From the NCBI GenBank assembly GCA_963700155.1, contig OY969472.1:253511-317510 (forward strand): a stretch of DNA of 64,000 bases, given 5' to 3'. This DNA comes from an uncultured bacterium (GTDB lineage: Bacteria; Patescibacteriota; Dojkabacteria; J137). Shown piece after piece: positions 63,762 through 64,000 of this stretch. The number at the start of each line of letters is the position of its first letter. The first letter of the stretch is position 1. A program made the position numbers and the translations under genes. The notes below the pieces were generated by a model that saw only the letters and a list, made by a program, of their open reading frames with translations, did no database searches and was not told the DNA's origin.

Positions 63762-64000
63762 TTATTCTTTTATTAATACATATGAATGTCTTGCTCCAGG
63801 GATTGATCCGCTTAATACTATTAATCCTTCTTTTGCATCAACCATTAAAACTTTTAAATTTTTTATAGTTTGAGTATCTGTTCCCATATGTCCCCCCATT
63901 CTTTTTCCTTTATATACTCTACCTGGTATTGTTCTATTTCCTATTGATCCTGGAGCTCTTTCTCTATCTGATTGACCATGTGTTCTCGGACCTCCGGCAA
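63762..64000 (-). CDS. rplC: 50S ribosomal protein L3, C-terminal part (gene continues beyond window end)
   Basis: Minus-strand translation ...GGPRTHGQSDRERAPGSIGNRTIPGRVYKGKRMGGHMGTDTQTIKNLKVLMVDAKEGLIVLSGSIPGARHSYVLIKE*. Stop codon at 63762-63764. Confidence 0.85.
   Translation of the reverse strand, partial: AGGPRTHGQSDRERAPGSIGNRTIPGRVYKGKRMGGHMGTDTQTIKNLKVLMVDAKEGLIVLSGSIPGARHSYVLIKE

Noticed and set aside
1-64000. CRISPR arrays, rRNA genes, transposases/IS elements, integrases
   Set aside because: I scanned for regularly spaced direct repeats, rRNA-like GC-rich blocks, and DDE or tyrosine-recombinase motifs in all ORFs and found none. The only tandem repeats are the coding repeats at 48505-48853.

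Overview
AT-rich (roughly 30% GC) bacterial chromosomal segment with small tightly packed genes. Gene content and organisation are consistent with a reduced-genome, Candidate Phyla Radiation (Patescibacteria)-like organism; this is inference, the ribosomal L30 gene is absent and no adk/infA/rpmJ lies between secY and map. All annotation is by eye from the six-frame translations and the raw sequence.

RNA genes: a bacterial type-A RNase P RNA on the minus strand (about 6402..6752) and one tRNA-Pro(CGG) (26396..26468).

Protein genes recognisable with confidence: a partial type I R-M methylase HsdM at the window start, an RluD-like pseudouridine synthase, RecX, a Ham1/ITPase fused to an IMPDH/GMP-reductase-like barrel (18732..20984), two tandem signal peptidase I genes, an FKBP PPIase, an Smr protein, a CPBP/CAAX protease, TypA/BipA, a CoA-binding protein, a RecD/Dda-like SF1 helicase, HtpX, a DHFR-family protein, RecO-like, PNPOx-like, PheT lacking the EMAP domain, a lone SufC, a YgjP/DUF45 hydrolase, secreted Cys-rich and lamin-tail-domain proteins, Map, SecY, and the contiguous rplC(partial)-rplD-rplW-rplB-rpsS-rplV-rpsC-rplP-rpmC-rpsQ-rplN-rplX-rplE-rpsZ-rpsH-rplF-rplR-rpsE-rplO operon on the minus strand.

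The most striking object is leuS (11116..14478): a 1120-aa LeuRS with a complete Nudix hydrolase domain and a second, ANT(2'')/MNT-like nucleotidyltransferase domain inserted into the catalytic core, followed 2 nt downstream by a co-oriented 182-aa unknown protein.

Other points of interest: three short GC-rich islets (18283..18560, 30420..31010, 37978..38300) carrying small strongly ribosome-binding-site-led ORFs, a BNR-repeat gene fragment and long hairpins; a 34-bp perfect palindrome upstream of an RHH-like gene; a duplicated roughly 35-nt promoter-like element; and a cassette of small unknown proteins including one paralogous pair.
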